Source of the DNA: Podarcis erhardii | Taxonomy: Eukaryota | Assembly: GCA_964252035.1 (NCBI GenBank) | Contig: OZ176207.1 | Direction: 5' to 3' (one strand) | DNA length: 64,000 nucleotides | Shown: positions 1 through 13,499 of the stretch, piece after piece | Layout of the letters: every line of letters begins with the position of its first letter | Numbering within the stretch: position 1 is the first letter of the stretch | Position numbers and translations under genes: made by a program | Notes under the pieces: generated by a model | Seen by the model: the letters and a program-made list of their open reading frames with translations, nothing else | The model's database searches: none | What the model was told of the DNA's origin: nothing

Positions 1-1819
1 ACAAGTGCAATCTAGTATTGCTTACCGACTGGTATCAGGCACTTCAAGACTAAGCCCATCAAACTAGACATGCCACACAACACTATGAAATTAGCAATTA
101 TGTTTATGTCTCTCTTTTTTGAAGTAAATAGCAGGTATGGGAGGGAAGGTGATCTAGGTCAGGGATCAGCAGGGAAGGCTTTGCCATTGGTTGGATCCCA
201 GTCTGGATCTAGCGCATGCTCCTACCATCTCCCATTATTGGTGCCTCTAAATCTAGAAAAACAAAACCATGCTTGCAATGGGCAGCTGAATTAATGGTGT
301 CATTGTTTGGTCTGGCCTTCAACAGAGAATAACCGAATTTAGTGAGACGTAATTCTCAATAGGAGTGTATTCTAAGATTATATTATTTTTATTATTTATA
401 AAATAATATTTGTATACCTCTCTTCATGAAAAAATATCAAAGCAGCTTACAACAAGTTCACATAAAAACATTTGAAACCATGTAAAAGATTAAAATCGGA
501 GGTCAACTATTACAGATAGAAACTTTAACTTATCTCAGAATAAGTCCTATTTTGCCTAGGCTTTTAAAAGCTATTTTTTGTTCATTTGAATTCCCCCAGC
601 TCTTGTTTTCATATGCCTTTATACTATTGTTTTACTGGGTTTGTGTTGCATTTTTATTTTAATGAGCCTGATGAGCATGGGACGATGCAGTGAACAGCAA
701 AAGTTCAGAACAAGACAAGCAGGAAATAGCCTGTTTCCATGGTTCTGCCCTTGAAATATTAGTCCTTCTCCTGAAAAAAAGCCCCTAAAGCTTTATGTCA
801 AATGGTGAAACCCGGCAATCCGCCCCACCACCCTAATAGTACACTCTCAATCCACACTCTCCATCCGTTTCTATGTCACCTAATGGGTTTTGCTCACCAC
901 CTGAGCTGTACAAAAGGATGACCAAGCTTAATGTGTCAAAATGAGAAAACAACCCTAGGCTGGTTCATGGTTCATGCTGGCACCGTGTTATACTGTGCCA
1001 TTGCACCCATACAGCTGTCCTTACACTTGACCCTGAAGGCCTAAAATAAAATAAAAACTGCTGCCTCAGAAGAGAGATTTGGAGGTGTTCTTAAGCTGAG
1101 ACATATACAACCCTCGTGGGTTTTTAAGAACCTACACTGAAAATGAGAAACAATAGGAGCTGCAATTTGATAATTGTTACTGAAGCCTAAGAAAAACAGT
1201 TTGTAAGGTAAACACAAGGACAGAAAAATACATTTTCACTTACACCAACAAAAGAAAGGAAAGTGCAGCTACAATTCAATCAATGGGATAAGTACCATAG
1301 ACTTTAATAAATTATTCAAATGCATCCAAACTTTCAGATGAACAAGCTGAACCACAGTAATCACAGTCGCCAAGGTCATGTATGAAAATTCCTCTGAAAA
1401 AATATTAAGGTTATATCCCACCTTAGCCATACTCAGAGTAGACCATCTGAAATTAATGGACACAACTCATTTAAGTTAATTAATTCCAATGGGTTTTCTC
1501 AGAATAGAATTTAGTTGGATACTATCCTTAATGTTTTACTACAAAATTAAATTGCTCCTACAGAGAAATAAAACAAGCATGTGTTAAAAACATAAGAAAG
1601 AGCTTGGCTGGACTAAACCAAAGGTCCACTGAGTCCAGAACTACAGCAACCAACCAGATATCACAAAGCAGGACAATAAGTAAATAGCCCTTTGCTGGTT
1701 TTCTTGTATTCAGAGAGGCACTGCCTCTGAGCACAAAGGTCCTAGTAAGCTAATCACCAGCATACAAGAGCTATATTAACTAGGCTGCAATCATACACAC
1801 ATTTTACATGGGAGCAAAT

Positions 1820-2212
1820 CCTTGACTGAATAGGGATTCAACCTTAATTCTAAGTAAATTGGTGATAAGGGACACCTAGCTACATTAAATGAATTCAAAT
1901 ATCCAGGGCCTGATGAGCTACACCCACGGGTACTAAAGGAGCTTGCGGATATAATACTGGAGCCTCTGTCCATAACCTTTGAGAATTTCTGGAGAATAGG
2001 TGAGGTCCCTGCAGACTGGAGGCAGGTGAATGTCTTCATCTTCAAAAAGAAAACCCATGTAACTACCAGCAGGTCAGCTTCATATCAATACCAGGAAAGA
2101 TCCTAGAATGGATAGTGAAACAGTCGGTCTGTGGACACTTAGAAAAAGATGCTGTGATTACTAAGACCCAGGATAGGTTTCTCAAAAATAAGTCATGCCA
2201 GATGCCAAACTG
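1820..2212 (+). mobile_element. CR1 LINE ORF2 internal fragment (degraded)
   Basis: Translates to PGPDELHPRVLKELADIILEPLS..WRIGEVPADWRQ..GKILEWIVKQSVCGHLEK..KNKSCQ, with frameshifts. Confidence 0.88.
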
Positions 2213-2499
2213 GGACAGGCACCTAATGCTGCAGAATACAGATTTGGGATTCAATATAACCTTCACCAATTGGAGATCTGAACCCAAACTAACAGAATGA
2301 CAGCCTTTCCTCAAATACAGGGAGCAAGGACAGAAAAGCCACACTCTTTATCTTTTGTGCCAGCCCCCTTAACTACTTATTTTATAAAGCTTGGGAGCAT
2401 TATTTGGCTAGAATTGGGGATAAGGTGGGAAGGGGTATGTAGCTTGTGGCTTTCATAAAGGAATTGCCTACCTTTTATCATCATCATCATCATCATCAT

Positions 2500-2810
2500 A
2501 TATTTATATGCTGCCTTCTTTCCTGGCAAGTTCATATGAGGAAACACAGTCTTTCAGAAAACTTAAACCTAAGCTGTGTAGGGGTTTATAACTTTGAATT
2601 GCATCCAGAAACAGACTGGTAGTCAGTGGAGCAGTTCTAAGGAGTGAGCTGTGTGCTTCCTACAACCAGACCCAGTCAACAATGTGGTTTCAGCTCTTTG
2701 GGCCAGTTGAAGTTTCTGAACACTTTTCAAAGGCAGCCCATCGCAGTAATCCAAATGGGATGTAACTAAGACATGACTCACTGTGGCCAAATCAGATGTC
2801 TCAAGGACAA
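2500..2810 (-). mobile_element. Old L2 LINE 3' fragment
   Basis: Degenerate similarity to the young L2 at 46235-47564 (actttgaattg..cagaaacagactggtagtcagtg; ttcaaaggcagccc..gcagtaatccaa). Confidence 0.55.
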
Positions 2811-3389
2811 ATCAAACATCTTCCATACATTTGGACATTTGGACAACCAACCAGGATTGTGGAACTTCTACTCATCTGCTATTCACACTGTCTATTTTAC
2901 AGCCTGTTTTTAATCTAGGAGTGTCTGGCATATTGACTGGGTTTGGATACAGGTCAGGAGGTGTGTTTGTACAACCCAAAAAGTTCCACTGGGTTGTTCA
3001 GAAACTAAACTCATCTTTTTTCTTACATCAGATGTTTAGTTTTCTCAAGTTTGGGTGATAACCTTCCAAATGAAACTCAAGAAGAAGCCAATATGCCTGT
3101 TCTCTTCCTGAGTTTGCATAGTTTCCTTTTCCTTGCCTCTACCAATGTCATTGGTGTATCAGCTAAAAACGCAGTGATAACACTTCGCTGTCAACTTTCA
3201 TTATTTCTTTGCTGACAGATATTTAAGCTAGAGAACCAGTAAACAAGACTGGAATGAAGCCCATGCAGAGGTGAGAAATAGCAAGCGCTGCAAGGAAGGA
3301 CAAGCAAGAGCGGAAACTAGAGGGCTCTGCGAGAATGGGGGAGAAGAGGAGGCAAGGGACACATATAGATGCACAATAGGAAAAGAAGT

Positions 3390-3490
3390 AGCTGTTAAAG
3401 GTAATCCATCAGGATGACCAAGGCTGATATAGTCCTGAAGCCAGGTCTGAACCCAGATGGGAATGAATTCAGATAGACATCCACCCAGGG
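3390..3490 (-). mobile_element. Old L2 RT fragment
   Basis: YLNSFPSGFRPGFRTISALVILMDYL resembles the L2 motif DPFQSGFRP..TETALVALVDDL. Confidence 0.6.
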
Positions 3491-3912
3491 TGTGAAAAAT
3501 AAATGGTCTAAAGCAGGAATGTGGAACCTGCAACCATCCAGATATTGTTGGGCTTTAACTCCCATCACCCCTGATGGACTATGGTGGATGGACAAGTGGA
3601 AGTTGGAAGACCAACAACATCTGAAGAGCCATAAATTTCCAATCCCTGTTGAAGCAGACAGGGTGAGTAGAAGTCTGTTGTTGAGGACAGTTGTGACCGG
3701 GGTGGGGGGAGGCAGAGAGGTAAATGGAAAGAGGAAGGCTTGGTCTTTTGAGCTCCTGAGGGGAGGGTTTCAGAAGGGTAGGAAAAGAGGAGGCAGACAC
3801 TGTCCCCTGCAAGTCTCAAACAGCACTACAATAGTCCTATTCCAGGCCAGATGGAGCTCTGAAGAGCAGCACTCATGTTAGGCCTGGAGGGGGGGGAGGT
3901 GTTAAAAGGTAA

Positions 3913-3914
<2 letters not shown>

Positions 3915-3976
<62 letters not shown>
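3915..3976. repeat. Compound microsatellite (TC)n(TG)n
   Basis: About 15 TC units followed directly by about 16 TG units. Confidence 0.95.
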
Positions 3977-3978
<2 letters not shown>

Positions 3979-5127
3979 ATAATTAAATGTACATATTTAA
4001 ATATATTATATTGCCACAGTCGCTCTGGGGACCATTTTAATTAACATTTCTTAAAAACTAAAACATTGCTTAGAATTCTGAGGCCATTAATTATAGTGAC
4101 ACATTTATGGATCTTAACAGCCTGCAGTTCCATGAGGAGATGCTGTGAACAAGATACAAAGAAAATGGGACTCTCCCACCCAAAAAATGATGCTGTAAAA
4201 ACTTATTCTACTTGTAGGTGTCTGATAACAAGTCCCTTGTTCAAATCTTACCTTAGCCCACTTAGGCAGGCTAAAGAGCTACCAAGTAGACAATTATTCT
4301 CTCACCTTTAGCTTCTCCACTACAGTACAAGGACAGAAATACTGAACTACCTTGTTGTCCTAAGGATCACTGGATAAATTATGTGAAGCACTTCCAGCAC
4401 TCTAAAAAGCACTCTATAATGCTAAGCATTAGGACTGCGGTTACTAGGAGATTAAAAGAAATAATCACTCCACAGAATCTTAAAGAATGCCAAAATTTCC
4501 TATCATTTCTTGAAATTTGATGCTTCAATAATTCATTGCACTTCCGTGGCTGGGCTAAAAAGTAGATGCACTTGTTATCAGAGTAGATTAATCAATAGCT
4601 ATTTCCATATATGTTTAAGGGCAGCCATATAATCCGAGGTCACTCACAGCAGCACATGAGTGGTTGGCAGGGAGCACAGTTCCCAAAAAGAAGGAAGGAA
4701 CTGAGCTGACAAGACTCAACACATCTGAGCTATAGGTAGGCTTGCACATTTCATCTTGCAAGAGGAGGGGCCTCTGAATCATAGCTTTAAATTATGGCAC
4801 CATTTCTATTTCACAGCTTACACTTACATGAGAATAAGCCCCACTGAACTCAAACTTACTTCCAAGTAAGCATAAATAGGACAGTTATTATACTGCAACT
4901 CTCTACTTCTGGCAAATTGATCTATTTCTATGCAATGTACTAGCTCAGATTCATTTAAAAACAAAGAAAGGAGAATTATCATAGAGATGAAGCATCCCAT
5001 AGGCCTTTGTGTTATATTTTTAAGGGGAAGACAAAGCATCCTTCCGAATGTGTGTATTTATTGCTGTGTACAATATAATTGAATGTAAGCATCTCAAACA
5101 AATTGCATGTGTTCTTTTTCAATAGAG

Positions 5128-5312
5128 CAGTAGTTCCCAACTGGTGGTCTATGGACCCCAGAGGGTCCACATAGCCCACCCAAGGGGTCTGTAGCACCAT
5201 TCACATAACAACAACTATCATAGAGAGATCAACATTTTCAAAAGTAGGGAGTCCATGGCTTGGCTTTTGAAAAGCAGGGGGTTCGCAGTACTTAGCTAAT
5301 TGGGAACCACAG
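5128..5312. mobile_element. hAT-like MITE (degenerate)
   Basis: Imperfect TIRs CAGTAGTTCCCAA ... TTGGGAACCACAG; no 8-bp TSD is recoverable. Confidence 0.5.
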
Positions 5313-8300
5313 GGTATCAGTTAGCACTGAAGTGCTTCACCCATCATGCTAAACTGGAGTTTGCAGGATTGTGAATGTGCAGCCTGACCCACATGTGGCT
5401 TTCCTCTGCTCACATGGGTGCTGCATGCAGTGCAAATGAGCCATGGTATGGCTTGTTGTTGTCTGCAAACTGAGGTTGCAGTTATCCAGATCAGTGGTAT
5501 GGCAGAAATAGGTTATTTTGTTTCATTTTGCTATGAACAGAAACCAATATGGGTCTGAGCCACTGAGAGAACAGGATTATGGAGATAGACACAGTCTTGA
5601 CTCCTTGTGTCTAGAGTCACCAGGGACACGAGGCAGGTCTAACTTTCACTCAGTGGAGACTCCACTCAATGGTGTCCCCAAGTACATCTGTTTGCTTTCT
5701 CTCAAATAAGCAAATGGCTGCTGTGAACTAAAGTGCTTTAGCACTACATGTATTGCAATGAGAACCAAATCTGCCTCTTTGTCTCTGGATGACCTGGGTC
5801 CCAATGAGAAGGATCCTACAGGTAAGTGCAATGTGTAGGTCATCTCTCTACAACACCCCATACCCCAACATGTATACAATTTCTTCACTGACATATATTT
5901 ACTTTGTTTATAAAAATATACCACCCACTCCAGCAACCTACCCAAATCCAGCAGGGTTTTCAGAAATGATTCAGCTGGACCTGTGCCTCTGTGAGAAATG
6001 CTCCTTTTGACACAGAGAATCGTGGTTGGAAACATAAGTAGACATGCAAAGGTACCCTACTTTGATGTGGCATGAGTTTTTTCATAAAGGTTTTGTCAGA
6101 AACATAAAATGAATATTATGACCTGCACACTAATTTGATCTGGGAACATCTGGATTTATGTATACAGCATTGAAGGAGGTGGATGTGCTTCTACATTTTG
6201 GCCTGCCACGTATAGATTTTTTTCCTTTCCCTTGGGGAATACACAGTGTTTCAGGAAGTAATATCTTTCACCGAATTGTGAGGATGAAGTCTCTCCCAGG
6301 AAGGGGAGGACGAAAGGGAGGAGACAGTCATAAATGACTGAAGAGAGAATAATGGGTGGACAGCAAGAGAGAGAAAGGCATTGGACACACTGCCTGAGAG
6401 CATGAGAGCATCATGTGTAAGATTGGTGGTGGGGCAAACTCAAGAGAAACAAACAGCATGGGAGAGAAAGAAACAGGTGATTGGTCTGGAGGACACACCA
6501 GGGAGGGGAAGGGGAAAGAGATACCAGAGAGAGAGAAATTATCCACCAGTTTGCTACTTATAGAGTGGAATTCCCTGAGTTAGAATTTACCAGTCAAAAC
6601 ATTTGTAACAGGTCACTAATGGACTAGGATCAAAGAAGCTTCCCCCTGCAAATAAGATTGTTATTTGGCACACCCTGGAAATCTCCCATTCTGCTGAAAG
6701 AGAGGATGAATTTCTCATGAAGGTTAGCAAAAGAACCACCAAGTCCAAAGTTGTAGGTTGCCTTTGAGCCTGATCCTGGAAAATCTAATTCAAAGGAATA
6801 GTGAAGGCTTACATGAGGAAATTTTACTGAAAAGTTTAACCTATAGAACAAAGCAGTCTATAGGTGTCTGACTGTCAAGAAACACACTTCCCTGATATTT
6901 CCTCCCCATATATTCTAATTGACATTATTCTGAGTTATACCATTGGTACATCTTGACCAGCACAGTTTATTCTGACTGCAGGAGACTGCTCTTGACTAGA
7001 AATGCTAGGGATTCAAACTGGGACTTCACTTCATGGATATAAAAAGCATGTGTTCTGTCCCTGAGCTAATGGACCTGCTCCCCCTTCAGAGTTACTTAAT
7101 TTACATTGGAGGCTGGTCCCCAAACAGGAGTGGGGCACTGTGCCAACAACCTGTCTGCCTCCACCTGCCTACTTTTTACCTACTATCAGTCGAAGGGCGG
7201 CTTTGCCTGTCACTGACATCCCCTTCCGTCCTACCATTCCCAATGGTCACCAGCCACCACTGTTAATTCAGCCACATAAAGGCACCTGGAAGTTCAGTTT
7301 GAGGCATAGCGACAAGAATGATGTCTGGTGGACTGGATTCAACACTTCCTGAATATACCATGCAAACATGGGTTTTTGCATCAGGCACTGACTTGAACAT
7401 CCTCAAGCAGTACAAGCTTCCATTTTGTTTCCATAAACAAAGATAACTGAAATGTGAGGGACTGCGGCTCATGAAATCTTTGAAGCAAGAGGGAGGGAGA
7501 AGGAGAAGTACGATCAGCAGTCAAGGAGGTGAGTGAGGACTTCTGTGCTTTCAGTAACATCATTTCCTCCCCTTGCCTACCAAAAGTAGAATTTTATACA
7601 GAATAAACAAATGTGTGGAAATTTGACCAATCTGCATAATATACCCAGGTTCCAGAATTCATCTTTCCTCATAACAGATTTTTTTTTAAAGCTCAGAGTC
7701 CTTGGGTGTGTGACATGTTTTCCATTTTTCTGCTCTGCACACCACAGGGCACAAACTGAAACAAGATGGCATGACATGTAGTTCAGCTCCATCTCACTTC
7801 CTCTACTGAAAGTCTATAGTTCTATTTTTAGAGGCTTGGCCTGGATTTCAGAGACAAAACACTGCAGGATCACACATTCCATTTGTGAAAGCAGCATCTA
7901 AGCTCAACAGCCCACCCCAAGTGATACTGTTAAAACATCAACAACAGAAGACACACAAATCCCAAATGAAACAATTGCAGTTATTGTATTATTTTCTTTC
8001 ATCTACTATATAGGTTAAATGAACTGTGGCGTATTCCATCTTTCATAAACCTGTGAGGAAGTGTGATATAGGAAAATAAAAATATATTTCCACCTCAATT
8101 CTAATATTTACTCAGACACATCCCATTCTTCAAAAGGGATTTTTCCAAGTATTATGACAGCAGTCAAAAAATGAATGTGAACATCTCAAAGCTTATAGCT
8201 AATGCTTTGCTTGTTCACCACAAAGAGACACAATAAAAAGAACAATCTGTATTGATTGACCGGGATTAACTTTCTCTTTGCTTTATATTTGTATATTTAA

Positions 8301-9716
8301 TTGTATAACCACAACCACTGCTGCTGCATTTCCTTTATTTATTTCTCATAATAGTTGTTAAGGAATGAATGCTTGTATCTGAGAGTAGAAGTTAATCAAT
8401 AATACATATATGCATGGTTCTACACTGAACCCATTAGAATACTACAACTTATAAACCTCCTGATTTAATTTCTACTATAAAATAAATGTTTGGCATAAGT
8501 TACAGAAAATGCAGAGCTGCTGCCAAAAAAGCAGCCCTGTGTCAAAATCTCCCACACCCCATTCATAATATGATGTTCAATTCAGTTTCTGCCCTGGCAT
8601 TTCTTGGCCTTGGCCAGCAGAGTCATTGCTGGGCAGCAGAGGCGAGGCAATGATTGGTCAGCATTACGGCATCAGGGCATGAACTAGATATAACATCTAA
8701 CAGGGGAGGACTCAACATGGGGCTACTTTCTTGAGCAACATGTGTGTGTCTACATCACATCTAGTTTTGCTAACTATGCCCAGTTCCAGCCAAAATACAC
8801 TTCCCATCCATTTCAGTGAAGAAATTAAGGCATCCTTAAATCTCTCCTATTCACATCAATGGAAATTAAAAGCACTTGACCTTTTAACCCCTTCTAGAGA
8901 TGGGGTTGGCTATATGGCTTTGTTTTCATACTAGAGAGAGTGTGGCCCACCAAGGTGTATTAAATTTCCACAGCCAAATGGATATACCCAGGAGCTAATA
9001 GTTAAGGTATAAATTAATATCTGTAAAGATCAGACTGGATCAGACTGAGATGGGTCTAGACCAGCAGTCTTTGGAAGAATCACTGCAACCACCAAGCACA
9101 AAGTGGCCTACCAGAAATTGGCAATTGCCTGGAAAGTTCGTATTAAAAAGGAATTGGTTGTAGTTCAAGTTCATCCTGTCCAAAAAGGAACTAGTTTCAC
9201 TTAAAGTTCATAATTTACAAAATGAACTAGGTTAGTCCAGGCTCACAAAAAGTTCATCCTTAGCATGCATGCGTGCGCACACAGAGCGCATTCAGAAAGC
9301 TACAAGCTCCTCTGCTTGTATAGGGTGCAAAACTAAATTAGGATCCACAAACAAGTAATAAGACGTCTCACAGACAGAAGACTGACAGGTGAAGTTTTGC
9401 CCATAATTGTATTTTCATATTAGAAAATGCTTACCCTGTTTAATTGTTGCCTGTCACACTACTGTTAAAGGCACATGGCATCATTCGCTTTGACCCTGTA
9501 CCTCTTTCTGCATGCTGCTCCTATTGGAAGACCTCACATCTCTTCAGCAGGGAAGCCTTGGGAAATGCCTCACATTCATTTCTTCCACATTCCCGTTTAG
9601 TAACATGGATTGACTAAGAATCCTTAGCAATAGCAGTGCCTCTGTATCTCCCTAAAAAGCTTTAGAACACTGCCTCCATGTTTGCTTTCTAACTTTCTTT
9701 ATAGAGATCCAATATA

Positions 9717-9880
9717 CCATATTTTCCCATGTATAACACCCCCATGTATAAGATTCCCCCTATTTTTGGGGACTCAAAATTAAGAAAATGTACTATGCAC
9801 TATCCGTGTATAAGATGATCCCTTATTTTAAACTTCAAAAATTTAGGAAAAAATATAGTCTTATACGCGGAAAAATACAG
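9717..9880. mobile_element. Tc1/mariner (Tigger-like) MITE
   Basis: TIRs CCATATTTTCCCATGTATAA / TTATACGCGGAAAAATACAG flanked by TA on both sides. Confidence 0.75.
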
Positions 9881-10540
9881 TACTTACTTCTTTTTTAAAA
9901 AAAGAAAGCTAAGAGTCCGGCCCTCCTGTTGGGCTGGGCTTGGGGGAATTAATGTGAAGATGAACTAGAAATCATTCAAAGTTTTGGTTTTAAAATGAAT
10001 GATTCAAAATTAACTTAATTCTTCTGGCAATTATGGGGACTACTTTCAGGTATAGTTCAGAGATTTTTGAACAACAAAGAATGTTCAACGACTGGTTCAT
10101 TTCAAGAACTGGAAACTGGACTGTGCTCCACCGTTGGACCCCAAGGTTCCTTTTGGACAATTTTGTTGTAGAAGACTGTAGTTTGCCAAAATTTGAAGTA
10201 ATTTTACAATAGGTCATAATGCACTTATAAAGCATATTGGCAGCGTCACTAACAAAAATATTCAAAATTCCACCTTTTTCCATATTGCGGATCTCTGTAT
10301 TTCTTTAACCTCTTCACAAATTTTAAGAAAGCACATATTCCAACTTTTAAAAAAAGGAATGCTAACCATACACAATCATATTGATAATATGGCACAATTT
10401 ATAATCAATACAAGGAATTCAAGTATTTTGTAATTTTCAGCACAGACAGTGAAGATCAAACGTTTGAACCAATTTTTTAACTACCATTTCCCCACAACTG
10501 AGTAACAGCTAACTAGATAGCCATAAAAAAATCTCACTGG

Positions 10541-10670
10541 AGAATATAAGAAAGCCCTGCTGGATCTCAACAAGGAGCCATCTAGTCCAGATTTTAACCA
10601 CTGGCTAGGCAGGTTAGTGTTGATGGGCCATCCTCCATGTATTTGTCTATCCCTTTCTAATAAAGCCATC
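10541..10670 (-). mobile_element. CR1-type LINE 3' end
   Basis: agaatataagaaagccctgctggatc..ccatctagtccag..ccatcctccatgtatttgtctatccc is the reverse complement of a typical CR1 3' UTR. A related remnant lies near 1587-1730. Confidence 0.6.
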
Positions 10671-11069
10671 TAAGGCAGAAACTTTCACCACATATTGTAG
10701 CAATAAATTCTTTATATTAATTATGCATTATGCACATTATGCATTATGTGAAGTAGACGGTTGGCTGGGCTTTTTTTTTTTTTTTTTTTTTTGGCAATCA
10801 TGAATCTACTGTCCATTAGTGTCCATGGTAGAAAAAATGATGAGAGGCAGGTACAATCTACAGTATTTGCTGTTAGTTCTTTTATTCTGTCCTTAGTTTC
10901 TAAGAGGTTAAGCGCAAATTCAGTTTTGTGTCTATAAATGTATTGACTTCCTTTAAAACAAAATGGACGAAGTGGATACACCTTTGGGTTATTTTTGCCA
11001 CCCCAAACCCAGATACACATGCCCAAGAAAGACACATAACTTTTTATATTAAAAGAAAACCCTGCTTAC

Positions 11070-13499
11070 CACCAGAATGGCATTAAAGTGGTCACTCTTC
11101 ACCTTCTGCACTTGAATGCAAGATGCTGGCACTTGTAATAATCCTGCCCCCTTGGAAAGCTTTCCGGCATCTCCATTGGGCATCAAGTTGTTATTGCTAG
11201 GCCCAACACCCAGAGATGCCCTGTACAAATAGGTGTGCGTAAGCTTCCCCATGCCTGCAACCTCGACCATCTCTGGTGTAAAATGAGAACTTGGGAGCAT
11301 GCGCACATTGTAGCGATACTTTTCATACTCATCTGTGGGGCAGCAGCAGCAGCAGCTGCATGAGGGACTAGTCCTACAGTGAAAAAGTCGAATGGCAAGA
11401 AGGAAGATTAGAAAGCCAAGGAAGACAAAGGAAAGGCAAGCTAGACCAATGATCAAGTAAAAGTTCAAGCTGGACAGCTGCTGCCCACGTGCTTCCAAGC
11501 TGTCATCAAAGTCTGGGAGCGCTTGTGGGAGAGAGTCAGCCAGCAGGATGCCCAGGGTCACGGAAGAGGAGAGGGGAGGCTCCCCACTGTCCTTTACCAA
11601 GACCACAACTTTGTGCTTGATGGGGTCACTAGACCTCATGGAGCGACTAGTCCTGACCTCTCCAGCATTGGGTGAAACTCGAAACAAACTGCTGTCGGAA
11701 GACTGCAAGAGGTGATAAGAAAGCCAGGCGTTCTGCCCACTGTCTGGGTCGTGGGCCACTACTTTGGCCACCAGGTAGTCAGCATCTGCCAAGCGGGGAA
11801 CAATTTCTACCGCCACTGAGCCGTTCCTGACCCCTGGGTACAAGATGATTGGGGCATTGTCATTCTGGTCAAGGATGGTAATGCTGACTATAAAGGCGGA
11901 AGCCAGGGCTGGAGAGCCATTGTCCTTGGCCTCCACTTGAAAATGGAAGCTCTGGAGTTGCTCAAAGTCAAAAATGCCCTTTGCATAGACAATTCCACTG
12001 TCTGCATCAATGGCCAAATAGCTGGTCAAGGAGCTGCCTTGGATGTCAATGTCCCTGAGTAGGTAGGAGACCCGACCATTCTCCCCCAGGTCTGGATCAG
12101 AGGCTGACACATGAAAAAGGGACACCCCAGGCTTGTTGTTCTCCATTACGGAAACTTCACGCATCTGGTTGAGGAACTTAGGGGGATTGTCGTTCACATC
12201 CGCAATGTGCACCCGCAGAGTCTTCTGAGTGGCGATGGGAGGGGAGCCCAGATCAGAGGCAGTGACAGTGATGTTGTATTCGCTGACCCGTTCCCGATCT
12301 AGAAGGCCGCTGGTGACCACACTGTAGTAACTATCAAAAGAGGACTTGAGTTGGAAGGGGATGTTGGTGGGGATCTGGCAGATGACTTTCCCATTCTCTC
12401 CAGGATCTTCATCGGTGATGCTCAGGAGCGCTATCACTGTGCCCAGAGAGGAATCCTCTGGGATGGGGCTAGAAAGAGAAGTAACAGTGATCTCCGGAGC
12501 ATTGTTGTTCACATCAGTTATTTCCACCAGCAGCTTGGCTACAGTGGACATGCCAAAGACCCCTTTATCTCTTGCTTCAACGAACATCTCCAGGAGGGGC
12601 TTCCGGGCGCCCAAACTCCCACTTACTCTTATCTCCCCGGTCTGGGGGTTGATGTGGAACATCTTCTGGAGCTCAGCAGGGGTGCTGTTGCTGAAGGCAT
12701 ACCGGACCTCCCCGTTCTGACCTTCATCTAAGTCTGTGGCATGCACCTGAGTGACCAGAGTGCCATTGGGGGAGTTTTCAGAGACGCTGGCCCTGTAGAC
12801 GGAATGCTCGAAGGCGGGGGCGTTGTCATTGGTGTCAAGGACGGTGACCACGACCTGGGCGTCTCCGGACCTCTGGGGCGTCCCTCCATCTTTGGCTGTG
12901 ACCACAAGCCTGTGCGTGGCTTGCTGCTCGCGGTCCAAGGGCTTCTCCAGCACCAGTTCCGGATACCTGCTGCCGTCCCCGCGCGTTTGCATTTCCAGTC
13001 GGAAAAGCTCGTTGGGGCTCAGCGTGTAGCTCTGCACGCCGTTGATGCCTTCGTCCGGGTCCTGGGCGTTGGGCAGGGTAAAGCGAGCTCCCGGCGCCAG
13101 GAACTCGGCCACGTTCAAATGGTACTCGTCTAGCGAGAAGATGGGGGCATTGTCGTTCACGTCCAGTATTTTAAACTGCATTTTATAAAGCTCCAAGGGG
13201 TTTTCTAGCACCAGTTCGTAATTCAGAGAGCAGGTAGGTTTCAGCGCGCAGATCTGCTCCCGGTCGATGGGCTCCTTGACAGACAAAGCTCCGGTGCTTG
13301 CATCGAGGCTAAAATATTGCTTGCTGGAGCTGGTGATCATGCGGAATTTCCGGGAGGGAAGCGTCGCGGCCACGATACCCAGATCCTGCGCTAGGTTCCC
13401 GACAGGCGTGCCGGGCTCCGTTTCTTCGGGGATGGAGTACTCTACTTGTCCATTGACGGTGTAGAAAATAAGGCAGCACACCATTAAATAGACCCGCAT
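11070..13499 (-). CDS. PCDHAC1: Protocadherin alpha-C1 variable exon (810 codons; signal peptide, EC1-6, TM, variable cytoplasmic part); splices to constant exons outside the window
   Basis: The first true ATG is at 13499 (the ORF-track start at 13562 is GTG); MRVYLMVCCLIFYTVNG|QVEYS. C1-diagnostic motifs are EFLAPGARFTLPNAQD, GDAQV, SNSTPAEL, EC3 GSLG..EARDKGVFG lacking DYE/DRE, TYLYRASLG and VPASCIQ. The donor GTG|GTAAGC at 11070/11069 is phase 0. Confidence 0.93.

Noticed and set aside
8610-8660. CCAGCAGAG / GCAGCAGAGGCG as CTCF sites or an HS-type enhancer downstream of alphaC1
   Set aside because: Only partial motif matches, with no conservation evidence available.
1-11000. PCDHAC2, alpha constant exons or HS5-1
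   Set aside because: No cadherin ORF or constant-exon peptide (PRQPNPDWRYSAS-like) is visible; these should lie beyond position 1.
12111-13464. Plus-strand ORFs overlapping Pcdh exons (also 33734-34785, 41199-42073, 50568-51832, 60312-62148)
   Set aside because: They are antisense shadows of cadherin codon structure, and their mutual similarity follows from paralogy of the sense genes.
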